Source: Callorhinchus milii
Lineage: Eukaryota
Direction of reading: 5' to 3'
Length of the DNA stretch: 52,785 nt
Assembly (NCBI RefSeq): GCF_018977255.1
Contig: NW_024705344.1
Location: 1 to 52,785 of the forward strand
The notes below the pieces were generated by a model that saw only the letters and a list, made by a program, of their open reading frames with translations, made no database searches and had not been told where the DNA came from. Position numbers and translations under genes: made by a program. The number at the start of each line of letters is the position of its first letter. Positions within the stretch are counted from its first letter, which is position 1. Positions 27,933 to 38,882 of the stretch are shown here, piece after piece.

Positions 27933-29034
27933 CACACCTCGCAAATACAGACGAACAAATATCTCTCCCGAGCCGTGAATGTGCATCGCATCTAAATGAA
28001 GAGCACACACCTACAACACTTTTAATACACCACAACAATAAGAGGTTGGTTTGTGTACAGTATTATTAATTACACAGGTTTTAGCCAAGTGAGATTTGTT
28101 CCTTATGAAAGCAAACTTGCTTTAACTACGCTAGTGTAGCTGTACGGATTAAGTAATTATTTTATTAAACTATTTAGTTACATGCGCTTTTGTCAAAGTT
28201 GGGAAGTGGATCATGACATGAGCTGACTGTGTTGACGTCACAGAGTCTTCAACGTGCAGGTGATGACGTACATCACGTTTAAGACATTCCAAAAGCTTAG
28301 TTGCTGCAATACAAACGGGCTCAGCGGTGAGTGCATCGGATCCAGAAAATCCACACATCCTCGTGGCTGTTCAGCTGCCCAACGTCCAACCAAAGGGGCA
28401 TGAATTAAACCCACCACAGGATAGCCAAATACAATTGCAGCAATATCATCAAATAAACCTCCAAAAGTGTTCCAACACTAAGCCTTCTAATCAAGTGTTT
28501 GCTGGTGCAAATTATATGCAAGCTAAGATGTAAGGCACCTGAGCATAGGAACACGTCTGGGAGTGAAGGAAAGTGTTGGGTGCATGAGTGCTTCACAGGG
28601 GAAAATGTCCGGCACGTACAAAATATGTTCTACGAAGTTACAATTCTCGAGTCATGATTTGTTTTTCAGTTAAAGGAATACATTTGAAGCTGGCAGAGGC
28701 ATCAGAAAATGTTGTGACCACCCAAAACCAAAGCCTGAGCCAGCAAGGCCGAGATCCTGTAATTGACTTGACATCCAGCTTCATGATACCAGCTTCTAAA
28801 GTGGAAATAGTTCATAGTTTTGACTTAAAACTTTGGTGACTGCAGGAATTCATATTCTTTGGTTCTTTCGGTGAAGTCTCATAGATAGAAAAATAAGAAT
28901 AAAAATAAGTGAATAAAAATATACTAAAAATATTTTTTTAAACACCACTAATGTTGACTGTAGCCTAGTTATTATTATACTTATTATTGGTTCTTTCAGT
29001 AATAAAAATTAAATGCCAATAAAAACAAAAAACC

Positions 29035-29072
29035 ACGACGTTTTGATCGCAACACAAGCGGTCGTCATCAGG
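29035..29072 (-). ncRNA. Minimal hammerhead ribozyme, probably inactive (G12>A)
   Basis: The minus strand reads CTGATGA-C-GACCGC-ttgtgtt-GCGATC-AAAA-CGTC, with GAAA changed to AAAA. A TATAAA lies ~30 nt upstream. Confidence 0.75.
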
Positions 29073-29286
29073 AGAAGAGGGGTTAGCCTCTAAAGGCAAA
29101 CTGTTTATAAAGGTTTAGAGATGGGCGTAGCCCAAGTGTGTCAGCAGCATGAGCCGGGCAGCTAATGTTAATGTAGGAGAAAGACAAGCAACTACACCAA
29201 TCAAAGAGCCGCCAGGCAATCATTGCACCTCGCTCCACACACCCACACTGCTGACGGTGAAGGTTCACAAAAAAACACAAATCAAG

Positions 29287-29745
29287 TCATGACCCAAAGT
29301 GGTTGATGGCATCTTTCCAATGATTTCTGAGTTTATAACCATCCTCTCCGTTGAAATTGTGTCTATGTCTATATATATGGATGGCTTCATGACCAAATCT
29401 TTGTTGATAGCCAGTAGGCTTGCAAAGTACCATCGTCTTGGAGAAATAAATTTCATGTGAGCCAGCCGCATTAAAATAATGATCAGCCACGGCAGAAGTA
29501 TTGGTCCTACCATGTTTCAAATCTGCCTTATGCTCACGAACACGGTCCGAGACATGTCGTTTGGTTTCCCCAATGTAACTGTTGCCACAGATACAGTTTA
29601 GTTTGTAGACGCCGGGATATTGCATCTCAGGAATCTTGTCCTTCATAGATGGGATCATATCATGAATTTTATGTACTGTGTTAAATCGGACCTGAATCTT
29701 CTGTTTGTTCATGATTTTGGAAATAACCATTGCTATAGTCTACAT
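29287..29745 (-). pseudogene. PLE GIY-YIG endonuclease domain fragment
   Basis: YPGVYKLNCICGNSYIGETKRHVSDRVREH...SAVADH...EAIHI...FNGEDG, followed by the stop codon. Confidence 0.93.
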
Positions 29746-29940
29746 TATAGACTACCAATACACTCACCAAACTTAATAACCAGGCTACAGTCAACATTAT
29801 ATACTGCAAGTACACTCACTCCGATTAAAAACCAGGCTACAGTCTACATTAGTGGTGTTTTTTATTTTTTGTATTTTTTATTCACTTTATTTTATTTATT
29901 TATTTCTATATACGTGACTTTACAGAATGTACCAAAGAAT

Positions 29941-32118
29941 ATGAATTCCTGCAGTCACGAAAGTTTAAAGTCAAAATTTAACCGCCTCTACGCGGAGGGT
30001 TTCTACACAACCATACGATATTTTAACAAAATCCGAGACAAGAAAGCTCATCTGATCGAGTCACTCAAATTTCTAAAGAGATACCGCGACTCTAAGGTAA
30101 TACCGATCTCATTTACACTGACTTCTGCTGCCGTCACATCTTCCAATGGCAAACTAATTTTGTTCAGCGCTAGTTTGGCCCTGATCTCAGAGAGAATTAT
30201 ACTGCTCCGTACTGAACTAGATCATGTAGACAAGACACTCTTGAAATCACTTAACATTGACAGAAAAAATTTCCACATCTGATTGGGAACATGTAGGTAA
30301 CAAGACTGCTTCATCAGCCACTACAATGTCAGCTAAATGTAAAGATAACCTGATTTCCAAGTTCAACCTCCTGTCCAAGAAGAAACCAGATCCACACGTT
30401 AAAAAGTTAGACGTTGACAAGGTTGTTATTCATCTTAGTAATAGCCCAATTTCCGATGGTCTAAAATCGGTTTTGGCTAAAGGGTTGAACTTTGCAGTCA
30501 CCCCCAAACACATACCAGTGGATGACATTATTGCCCAGGTCAATGTAGCTCTGAAGGGTTTGCGACACATCGCTGCAGACGTGACAAGATCTGAAATCGT
30601 TGCAACCCTCAAAAAGCGTACCAGTCAGCAACATCAGTAAGGATGAGCGTTTTGGGTTATCTCAATTGAAAAAGAGGGATGATATCGTCATCCTCTTCGC
30701 CGACAAGGGCAATGCCACGGTCATCATGGACAAAATCATGTACAATAACAAAATTCAGGACCTACTTAATGATGGTAGCTACACAAACATTTAAAGAGAT
30801 CCCACTAACATCCTCGTTACAAAAAAACGAACACTAACATCACTGATTCAGCTTTATTAATTAAACAGACCAAACGGTTTTCCTTAAAACCTTCTTCTGC
30901 TAGACCACCCAGATTATATGGCTTACCAAAATCCAAATTCAAGGTACACTCCTTCATCCCATCGTCTCCACCATTGGCTCACCCACCTACAAACTGGCCC
31001 AATATCTCTGAGACTTTGCAGCCATTCACTGGTAAGACCACCTCTTCTGTACTTAACTCAGCTCACTTGGTATCGTCAATTAAAGACATTTCACTCTCCC
31101 CAGGTGATTTGATCGTTAGTTTCGATTAAGTTTCTTTGTTCACCAAAGTTCCTGTGCCCGATACCATTGCAATCATTGAAAATTTGGTCCAACAAGGATT
31201 GAATGCTGATGTACCGGCCCTAGTGAGACACCATCTCACCAATACATACTACACCTGAAATGCAACATTCTACAAACAAACTGAAGGCACCCCAAGGGTT
31301 CTCCCTCATCTCCGGTTGTAGACAATATTTTCATGGAAAAGTTTGAGATGGACGCCATCCAGGCATACACTCTATGCCCGTCCTTGTGGAAGAGGTACGT
31401 GGATGACACGTTTGTCATCTGGCCACATGGCCGACCAGCTCTGAACCAATTCCTCAACCACATCAATTCCATACACCCAGCCATCAAATTCACCATGGGG
31501 GTAGAAAAGGATGGCATGCTACCTTTCTTGGATGTCCTAATCAAAAAGAGACCAGATGGCTCAATGAGCCATTCTGTCTACAGGAAAGTAGCCCATACCG
31601 ACGCCGACCTAAAACCTGATTCCCACCACCATCCATCCCAGAAGAATTCCCTCATCAAAACTCTACACCATAGAGCTCAATGTATCTCCGACCATAAACA
31701 CCTAACTAGTGAACTTAAACACGTATACCAAGCTCTCAAGGCCAATGTATATTCTGACTACACAATCTGCAAAGCCATCACCCCCACTATGGGAAAGAGC
31801 CATCTGAGTATCCAATCAAAACCATCACCTTGCCATACATAGCAGGAGTAACCAAAAATATTTCCAAAATCATGAACAAACACAAGATCCAGGTCCGATT
31901 TAACACAGTACATAAAATTCATGATCTGATCCCATCTGTTAAGGACAAGATTCCTGACATGCAATATCCCGGCGTCTATAAACTAAGCTGTATCTGTGGC
32001 AGCAGTTACATTGGGGAAACTAAACGACATGTCTTGGACCCTGTTTGTGATCATTATTTTAATGCGGCTGGCTCACACAAAATTTATTTCTCTAAGACGA
32101 TGGTACTTTGCAAACCTT
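29941..32118 (+). pseudogene. PLE polyprotein (N-terminal domain, RT, GIY-YIG), disrupted by frameshifts and stops
   Basis: ATG 29941 (MNSCSHESLKSKF); LAKGLNFAVTP; ADKGNATVIMD; WKRYVDDTF (YVDD 31396-31407); LPFLDVLI; VYRK; GVYKLSCICGSSYIGETKR. The coding sequence is split over at least six ORF pieces. Confidence 0.95.
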
Positions 32119-32884
32119 TTTATTGTTTTTATTCACTCTATTTTTTATTATAATTGTTCTATCTAAGAATAAGTCATAGTCTCAGCCTGGTTGCTGATGG
32201 GGCTGCACAATAACATCCCCGTTGTATACAGCTTTTCTATATCCAAACTACATCCCAGTCAAGCTCTGATTCTCATTATGAGTAAAATTCATTGATATAA
32301 CGCTGGTTAGCAATGACGCCGTCTGTTGCTATTTGTCTGTTAGCATGAAATTGGCCCTATGGGCAACATGCCACTTCCATGAGCCCTCACTTACACCGCC
32401 TCCTGTGGTAGACATTCCATATTGCACACAGCCTCCGCAGGGCAAGAACCAGAAATTCACTCCTCTAATAATATCCTCCAGCGGAGCCAGCTAATGCAAT
32501 CTCACAGCACATAACACAGCATTTCAATCCTCTAGCCAGATTATTTGCGATTTTTGTTTTAATCATTTGTTTTGAAATGTTCCATTGAAGCAGGTAAAAG
32601 CTCACTGCAGGTTTATTCTCTCACTTGCATAGGTCAAGTTAAGACATCGTGATTCATGTCACTGATATCGCCATTACGTCCTCACTGCTAGGTACCGCAA
32701 CACCTGGAGTATCTTGCAAGGAAGACATGCGATTGTGTGGCTCATGGCACAGTTCAATATTTGTCCAATATGTGTGTAAAGTACAAGACTTGTTATTTGA
32801 GCTTTTACTGTACAAGGTAATGGTGCAGCCTTGTATTTGCTCGCTCATATCGCTGCTAGCAGAATGACCTCCACTAGAGGGAGC

Positions 32885-33277
32885 TCTAGAGAGCCTCTCT
32901 CGAGCATCTCTCTCGAGCGTCTCTCTAGAGAGCCCCTGTAGAGAGCCCCTGTAGACATGTTCTGTAGAGAGCCTCTGTAGAGAGCCCCTGTAGACATGTT
33001 CTGTAGAGAGCCCCTGTAGACATGTTCTGTAGAGAGCCCCTGTAGAGAGCCCATGTAGACATGTTCTGTAGAGAGCCTCTGTAGAGAGCCCCTGTAGACA
33101 TGTTCTGTAGAGAGCCCCTGTAGAGAGCCCCTGTAGACATGTTCTGTAGAGAGCCCCTGTAGAGAGCCCCTGTAGACATTTTCTGTAGAGAGCCCCTGTA
33201 GAGAGCCTCTGTAGACATTTTCTGTAGAGAGCCCCTGTAGAGAGCCTCTGTAGACATGTTCTGTAGAGAGCCTCTGC
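32885..33277. repeat. 13-bp minisatellite with higher-order 39-bp period
   Basis: Units CTGTAGA+GAGCCC/GAGCCT and CTGTAGA+CATGTT/CATTTT, mostly arranged A-A-B. Confidence 0.95.
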
Positions 33278-33684
33278 ACCTCTGATTAGCACGGTTGGCT
33301 ACGTACGGTGCGAAGGAAGTTCAACATACATACATACATAATACAACATAGAACAATGGCTTTGAGCCAGACAGAGATCATTCGTACGAGGATGGGATTG
33401 GAATGATCAGCCTCCTGCTGGTGCGAAAGACTAAGCCAGTTGCCATCTAATATGGCATGAATGTGTATTCGCCATATTGAGTTATAAAGAAAAACACACA
33501 GTAAATGTCGGTTTACAAATATATCTGCAACAAAATAACACTTGTTTATTTAAAATTTTACCTAAAACCCAAATTTCAAATCTGGACTGTGGAATCTCAA
33601 AATATAAAAGGCTGGACAGATCTGATGAGGTGTTTTGCTGACAACATAGCTCACAGATAATAATACACTCACAGTTAAACATGT

Positions 33685-33866
33685 TGACGTAAAGCTTTCG
33701 TTACTGCAGGAATTCATATTCTTGGGTCTTTCGGTAAAGTCACGTAGATAGGTTAAAAGAAAACAACAAAAAATAACAAAAAACTACGATGTTTCGATCG
33801 CAACACAAGCGTTCTTTATTTTCTTTGAACCTATCTACGTGACTTCACTGAAAGACCCAAGAATAT
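33685..33866. mobile_element. Palindromic pLTR-only PLE mini-insertion with 12-bp TSD
   Basis: AGTTAAACATGT at 33673-33684 and 33867-33878. Inverted arms 33716-33754 / 33828-33866. The 3' half of a hammerhead lies on the minus strand. Confidence 0.9.
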
Positions 33867-34024
33867 AGTTAAACATGTGTTTATTTATATCACGTTTAAG
33901 TCCATGTTCCATTGAAGCTCGTTTTGTGTAATTAAAAGTTAAGGTGTTTTGGGGCATTTTTGTAACATTTTACAAATGAGACAGCTCTATTGCTCCTGGT
34001 CAGGTGGTGCTTCGGAGCCACCCT

Positions 34025-34220
34025 GGGGAGCGGAGTGGCGATGCAGTGATTAGCCCACCGTGATATGAGCTCGGATACATGAGTTTGATTCATTGCCATG
34101 GCTTACATCAGTGGAACGCGATATCTAAACCGGACCTGCTCACCAGCGGTGAATTATGGATCATCACAATTCATGACCGAAACGGCATGGGGAGGCCTTC
34201 ATCCAGCAGTGGATTGACAA
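34025..34220 (+). mobile_element. tRNA-headed SINE with RTE-derived 3' tail
   Basis: A-box-like TGGCGATGCAGTG and B-box-like GAGTTTGATTC. Bases 34188-34215 are identical to RTE tail 24129-24156. Confidence 0.7.
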
Positions 34221-34284
34221 TGGTCCATACATAGTTGTTCCTTTTATTAGGAAAGCTACTCTTCTTGTTTAATGCATCACATTG

Positions 34285-34410
34285 CACAACTGGTTACATG
34301 CAGATGTGTGGTGTGCGGCTAGTTCGAGACTCGCTGTTACACGGTTATAAGTCCACCTCCGAATCAGGGGTGGACTCAGCTTATCACCACCTCTGGGGAT
34401 CATTAAATCG
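34285..34410 (+). mobile_element. Decayed MetaSINE-like fragment
   Basis: GGTGGACTCAGCTTATCACCACCTCTGGGGATCATTAAATCGGTAC resembles the Meta-domain. Confidence 0.45.
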
Positions 34411-35124
34411 GTACTGCTTCATGACAAGTCAACAATGCTCACACTATGGCGAGACCGATCTCCACCGTGAAAATCTGATGTCAGTCCTCTAACCGCCCAA
34501 TGCTCATTTCAGCAAGGAGACACTTTCACATTGTTTCTAATTAAAACGCTAAAACGCAGGGATATTTTATTTTATATTCCCTATGTGGTTATTGGTGACC
34601 AGACTGAAACCATAAAGTCTCTACACTTGCGAGGAGGCTGCGTTAATCGAGGGGTGGCTTTCCAGATTCAATCCACAGACGTGGGTACTGCTGGCTCAGA
34701 ATCCAATACATTTTGTATGAGATGCCCCTCCTTTTATCCACCGAGGCACCCTGCCCCCTCACTATTGGGAAATTAATCACACGGGAAGACGTGAAGCTCC
34801 CACGGTATGTCTCAATTCCATAAGTTGGTACGAAAAGCACACCGATGTACAAAGACAAGCATAGGACAACCAGTGCCCATGCTCCGTAACATAACACTCA
34901 TTCATTCACCTCTGACCAGGAGTTGAACTCACAAGCTTGTGACTGTGAAATAATGCTTTGCTAAAACACCACCCGGCTTTAAACATGTATACACAATGCA
35001 GTCGTGTGTACACTTATATATATACATAGTACATGAGGGAGTTGTTTGGTAGGAATACCCATGAAGTGCAGTGATTTCAAAGTTAAAGCCTTTCCCCGCT
35101 CAAACGAATTTATCATTGCCATTT

Positions 35125-35325
35125 GTGGCCTTGAGCCAGTTGAAATTCCACATTACTTATAGCGAGGGTCAGCCAATCCATATGATGACCTCCCACCTAA
35201 GTATTGCTCAGGTTATCAGCCCCAAGAGGATGAAAATCTGAGTCAACAAGCGAGAGGAGTTTGAACTCGTATCCTCCACCCCCCGGCCTGTTATTGTAAA
35301 CATGCCGTGCGTTAACCACGACGGT
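35125..35325 (-). mobile_element. Decayed MetaSINE-like SINE
   Basis: Shares gttgaaattccacatt, ggatga..ctgagtcaac and tttgaactc with 27625-27932. Confidence 0.55.
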
Positions 35326-35903
35326 CAATGCTCTTGAACGCCGCAACATGGCACTGGCCAGCAAACAATGCTGGAATTAAACGGCACGGATTCCCGATCC
35401 ATCGCTGTTTTAAGCGCAGCCTCTTGCTGAACACCGAACTTTAAGAGCCTCCTGCTTTTCAGCACAAAGGTCTTTACATTATTATAGAAATATGTACGAT
35501 TTAAATTGATTGAATGAGCCTGCCGAGGTCAGCCTAAGATATATCGACATCAAGAAATAATCAGATATGCATGTTTCCATAGACAATAGGTCACAACATT
35601 TGGAATAATGCACAAGGAAGTGAATATGTACACATCGATGTGTCAATGGTTATGAGGTCACTGCTCTCTTATGCCCGGAGCACGTCAACAATCCGTTGTT
35701 TTCATTTTTATATTTGAAACAACTATAAATAGGACATTTTTTTTCTCTTTCACTTAACATAATTGTCTATATTTATGTTTATGGGTGTTAATGTGATGAT
35801 GGCCCTTTGTTTGGGTGGCAGATTCGTGCCGGAAAGGAGCCCGGTGTTTAAGCAAAAATAGCATTGACTTATGCAGAGAATTTCCCATGCAACCACATGC
35901 ATA

Positions 35904-36165
35904 TTCTTGGTTTTTTCGGTAAAGTCACGTAGAAGGGAAGTAATAAAATAATAAAAAATAAAACATAATAATATGTATAAGCTCCTAGCTTGGCAGTGTC
36001 TCATTCTTCACCTGAAGACGGCTGCTTGCGTTGTAGCCGAAACGTCGTGAGAATTATTTTATTATGTTTTATTTTTATTATTTTATTACTTCCCTTCTAC
36101 GTGACTTTACCGAAAAAACCAAGAAGATGAATCCCTGCAGTCACGAAAGCTTTAAATCGAAATTT
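35904..36165. mobile_element. Palindromic pLTR-only PLE mini-insertion with 13-bp TSD and intact hammerhead
   Basis: AACCACATGCATA at 35891-35903 and 36166-36178. Near-perfect ~65-bp inverted arms (35904-35970 / 36060-36125) enclose TATAA + hammerhead. Confidence 0.92.
36003..36054 (+). ncRNA. Minimal type I hammerhead ribozyme
   Basis: Stem I ATTCT(T)CAC/GTGAGAAT; CTGAAGA 36012-36018; stem II GGCTGC/GTAGCC; GAAA 36039-36042; palindromic ACGT helix III; predicted GUC cleavage after 36046. Confidence 0.85.
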
Positions 36166-37159
36166 AACCACATGCATACTTAAGGTTTCACCAGGCATTC
36201 TGCTTCATCCCCACGTGCAAACATACCCTCCAAAATGCCTGTGTGTATAATACAGGACTCTGGTGAAAATGAGCATTGAGACTCGGTCAAATTTTCCTGA
36301 TAAAAAAAAGATAATTCTGTCAATGCTTTTCCTGTCAGCATCTTCATAACTGCCTGGAACGTGTCTTTTTTTCTTGCAGAAGGCTTTTCTGCCAGAATGT
36401 TGTAAATATAACGGTGATTCGGAACATTTTTTTTAACCCTCATTAATCATTGATAGTGTGTGCAACTTCATGAGTGGCACTATGCAATTGCTGCTAGATC
36501 TGAAGGCCCCGAGTGTAGATATCACTCCCCTGACCTCCAGCAGTCAAGGTCATCAAGGTCACGTGCTCGGGGAGGAACCCTCCTGGCGAGATGGTGTGGG
36601 TTTGGAAGTGCAGGCCTCCAACCAGATCAATGTACACACCGCACACGCGCATGCTCGCATGGCGTGTTCCGTGTGTAGCATTTCAACACGCTGCTCCGTA
36701 TATTTCTGTCATAGCCTCTGCAGTGTTATTTTGACGACTCACTGAATGAATTGAAGCTGCAGAAGATAATATTGGCAAGACAATCGCGGCATTTCGCAAC
36801 AAAATGAATAAAAACGCTCATTCAAAAATGCAATGTTAGATGTGTTTTTTTATCCAACATTGTCAAATGTGTTAATCTTAAGAGACCCTTTCCAAAGGAA
36901 TATGCACGCCGATCAAAATTTGAATGATTTGCATGCAATAAATACATCTTGTGATGTGATCGAAGAGCCAGCATTGCACACTCACGTGATAAGGACGTCG
37001 CAGATAGCAGCGGTGCAGAATAAGCGGGTGTGCCGAGAACAATTCCAGCAGGTAGAGGCTTAAGCCGATGGTGTTTGAATAAAACCCGAGTGCTGCTGAT
37101 GCTGTTGCTGCTGCACTGTAATTCACATGCAAAGCACAAATATCCCTCTAATATTCCTC

Positions 37160-37480
37160 ACATTCACCCGTGCACCTCGCTATCTGTTGCGCACTCCCTC
37201 TCTCGCGCTCCCTCCTCTCTCCTTTTTCCCCCCTCTCAGCGGCAGAGATGTCATGCCATGAGTGGGTGAGCTAGCGAGGCACGGAAGGGGCGGGGAGGAA
37301 ACGGATTATGCAATCGCAGGCCAGCGAATCAGTACGGAGGGGGCAACGCGCATGGCTCGCGGTGCCGGATCACGGCGCCACGCCATTAGAGCACCACCGC
37401 CGACCCACCCGCCCGCCCGCCAACCCACCGGATCGGCCAGATTTCCACCCTCTCATTGTCACGCGACGCCCCTTTATTAA
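37160..37480. promoter_or_regulatory. CpG-rich, promoter-like patch
   Basis: CpG-dense non-repeat sequence with a pyrimidine tract and a GC box (GGGGCGGGG, ~37287). No linked exon identified. Confidence 0.3.
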
Positions 37481-38882
37481 GTGAGCTGAACCCAGAGATT
37501 GAGCAACAAATTACGGTGGATTTAGCAAATTAACAGCAGGCCATGAAATAAGTAAATAAATGTAAATGGAAACGGCATGCTGCCCAAGCAGTCTCTGACA
37601 TGATTACATTACAATGCACGAGATTTAACACGAAAGGCAATGCATATCAAACAGCCAAGGCACAGTCCACAAGTGATTTCGTGCTTCCAGAGCCAATAAC
37701 GCATAATGTCAGCAAGTGGTCTAGTGGGGGAAATAATGTGCCCTTTTACAGCAGAAAACAGTGCGCTCTGCTGTGGTGACGATTCACAAGAACGGTGAAA
37801 TGTGCACATTACACAGCTGCACAACAAATGGTTAGGGTCTGGGCTCTTAATAATTTGACAGTACAGTACGCACAATCCACTGCGTCCTTTACGTACGGTG
37901 TTTTTAGTTGTCTTTTGTGTTCACAGCCTAATTCCTGACGCCGTTATCATTTAGCGATTATCGCGCGTGGCTGCCCTTTTTACGCGACAGCCTCTCCCGC
38001 GGGCTGTGCGTTTTGTGGCTCACGAAGGTGGCACAGCCCAAAGCGGCAGCGAAATGTCACGGCCACGAGTTGTTTTTCTTGGCAAGAACAAATCCAACAG
38101 TGGGCCGCCTGTTACGGGCCGTGCGTCCACCCCCGTGCCTCAGCTGGATTGGACTGTGAACCCAAACCAGGACCCCGCGACCAACGAGCCAAGTGTGTCA
38201 GCACAGAAGAGGCCGGGCTACTGGCACACACACACACAGATCAGATAGCTCGTGGACAATGCGCTGGATATAAACGCATGGTGTTGTTTATTTAGCAGGG
38301 AAGTCTTTTTCAGAAAGAGAGAAAATATAACTCAATTTAAGTGTATTATCTTGTTTTCCACAGTGTTGTGTCCACAGATATCGTTACAAACAGTGGCATC
38401 CGATGGCTCAGAGCGCTGAGCTGGCACCAGTGAAGTCCTTGGTTTGAATGTGACAGCTGCCCATGTCTAAAGGGGTTCTCAAGTGTTGATGGTCTCATTC
38501 TGGTCACCAATGACCGTACAAGAAAAACATTGGTTTTACACTTCATACGTTCCAACTCTAGGAATTACAAATATAAGTTTGTCACACTGCGGATAAGAGG
38601 TCGACTTAAAGGGATCTGACAAGCAGTTCTGTGCTATCTCTGTTGTCTAACATGGGCTGTTGCACTACTCAACTGCAGCGCTCTGCAGTTCCAAACTGGA
38701 CTTCATCCCACGACAAGACAGCATAGTTGGAATAAAAGTCGCAAGACAAATAAAAATATATATAATAACACAGGCAGGGGAGATCATTCATGATCTTGAC
38801 TCTCACATAAATCTTTGTGGGAGGGAGAGAGGAGTGTTTGGGACTTTGTGGTCAGTAAAGTGCGACGTGTCAACCGTGTGGT

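Larger units (their letters stand above)
28819..32167. mobile_element. Composite Penelope-like (Poseidon-like) element: inverted 3' arm plus forward near-full-length copy
   Basis: A minus-strand pLTR + GIY-YIG segment (28819-~29745) is joined to a plus-strand pLTR end + ORF (~29830-32167). Flanks aatagttcatagt (28806-28818) and aataagtcatagt (32168-32180) match 11/13, a probable TSD. Confidence 0.85.

Noticed and set aside
29620..29940. N-terminal extension of ORF 29620-30282
   Set aside because: It reads through the antisense GIY-YIG arm and pLTR; the plausible start is ATG 29941.
32654..33292. 212-aa ORF and overlapping ORFs
   Set aside because: Translation of the 13/39-bp satellite.
36100..36150. 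Conserved hairpin as a SECIS element
   Set aside because: It lacks the AUGA/GA kink-turn arrangement, and no in-frame UGA recoding context is evident.
25830..37321. Shared 15-mer TATGCAATCGCAGGC at 25830 and 37307
   Set aside because: One such match is roughly expected by chance in 30 kb; the flanks are unrelated.
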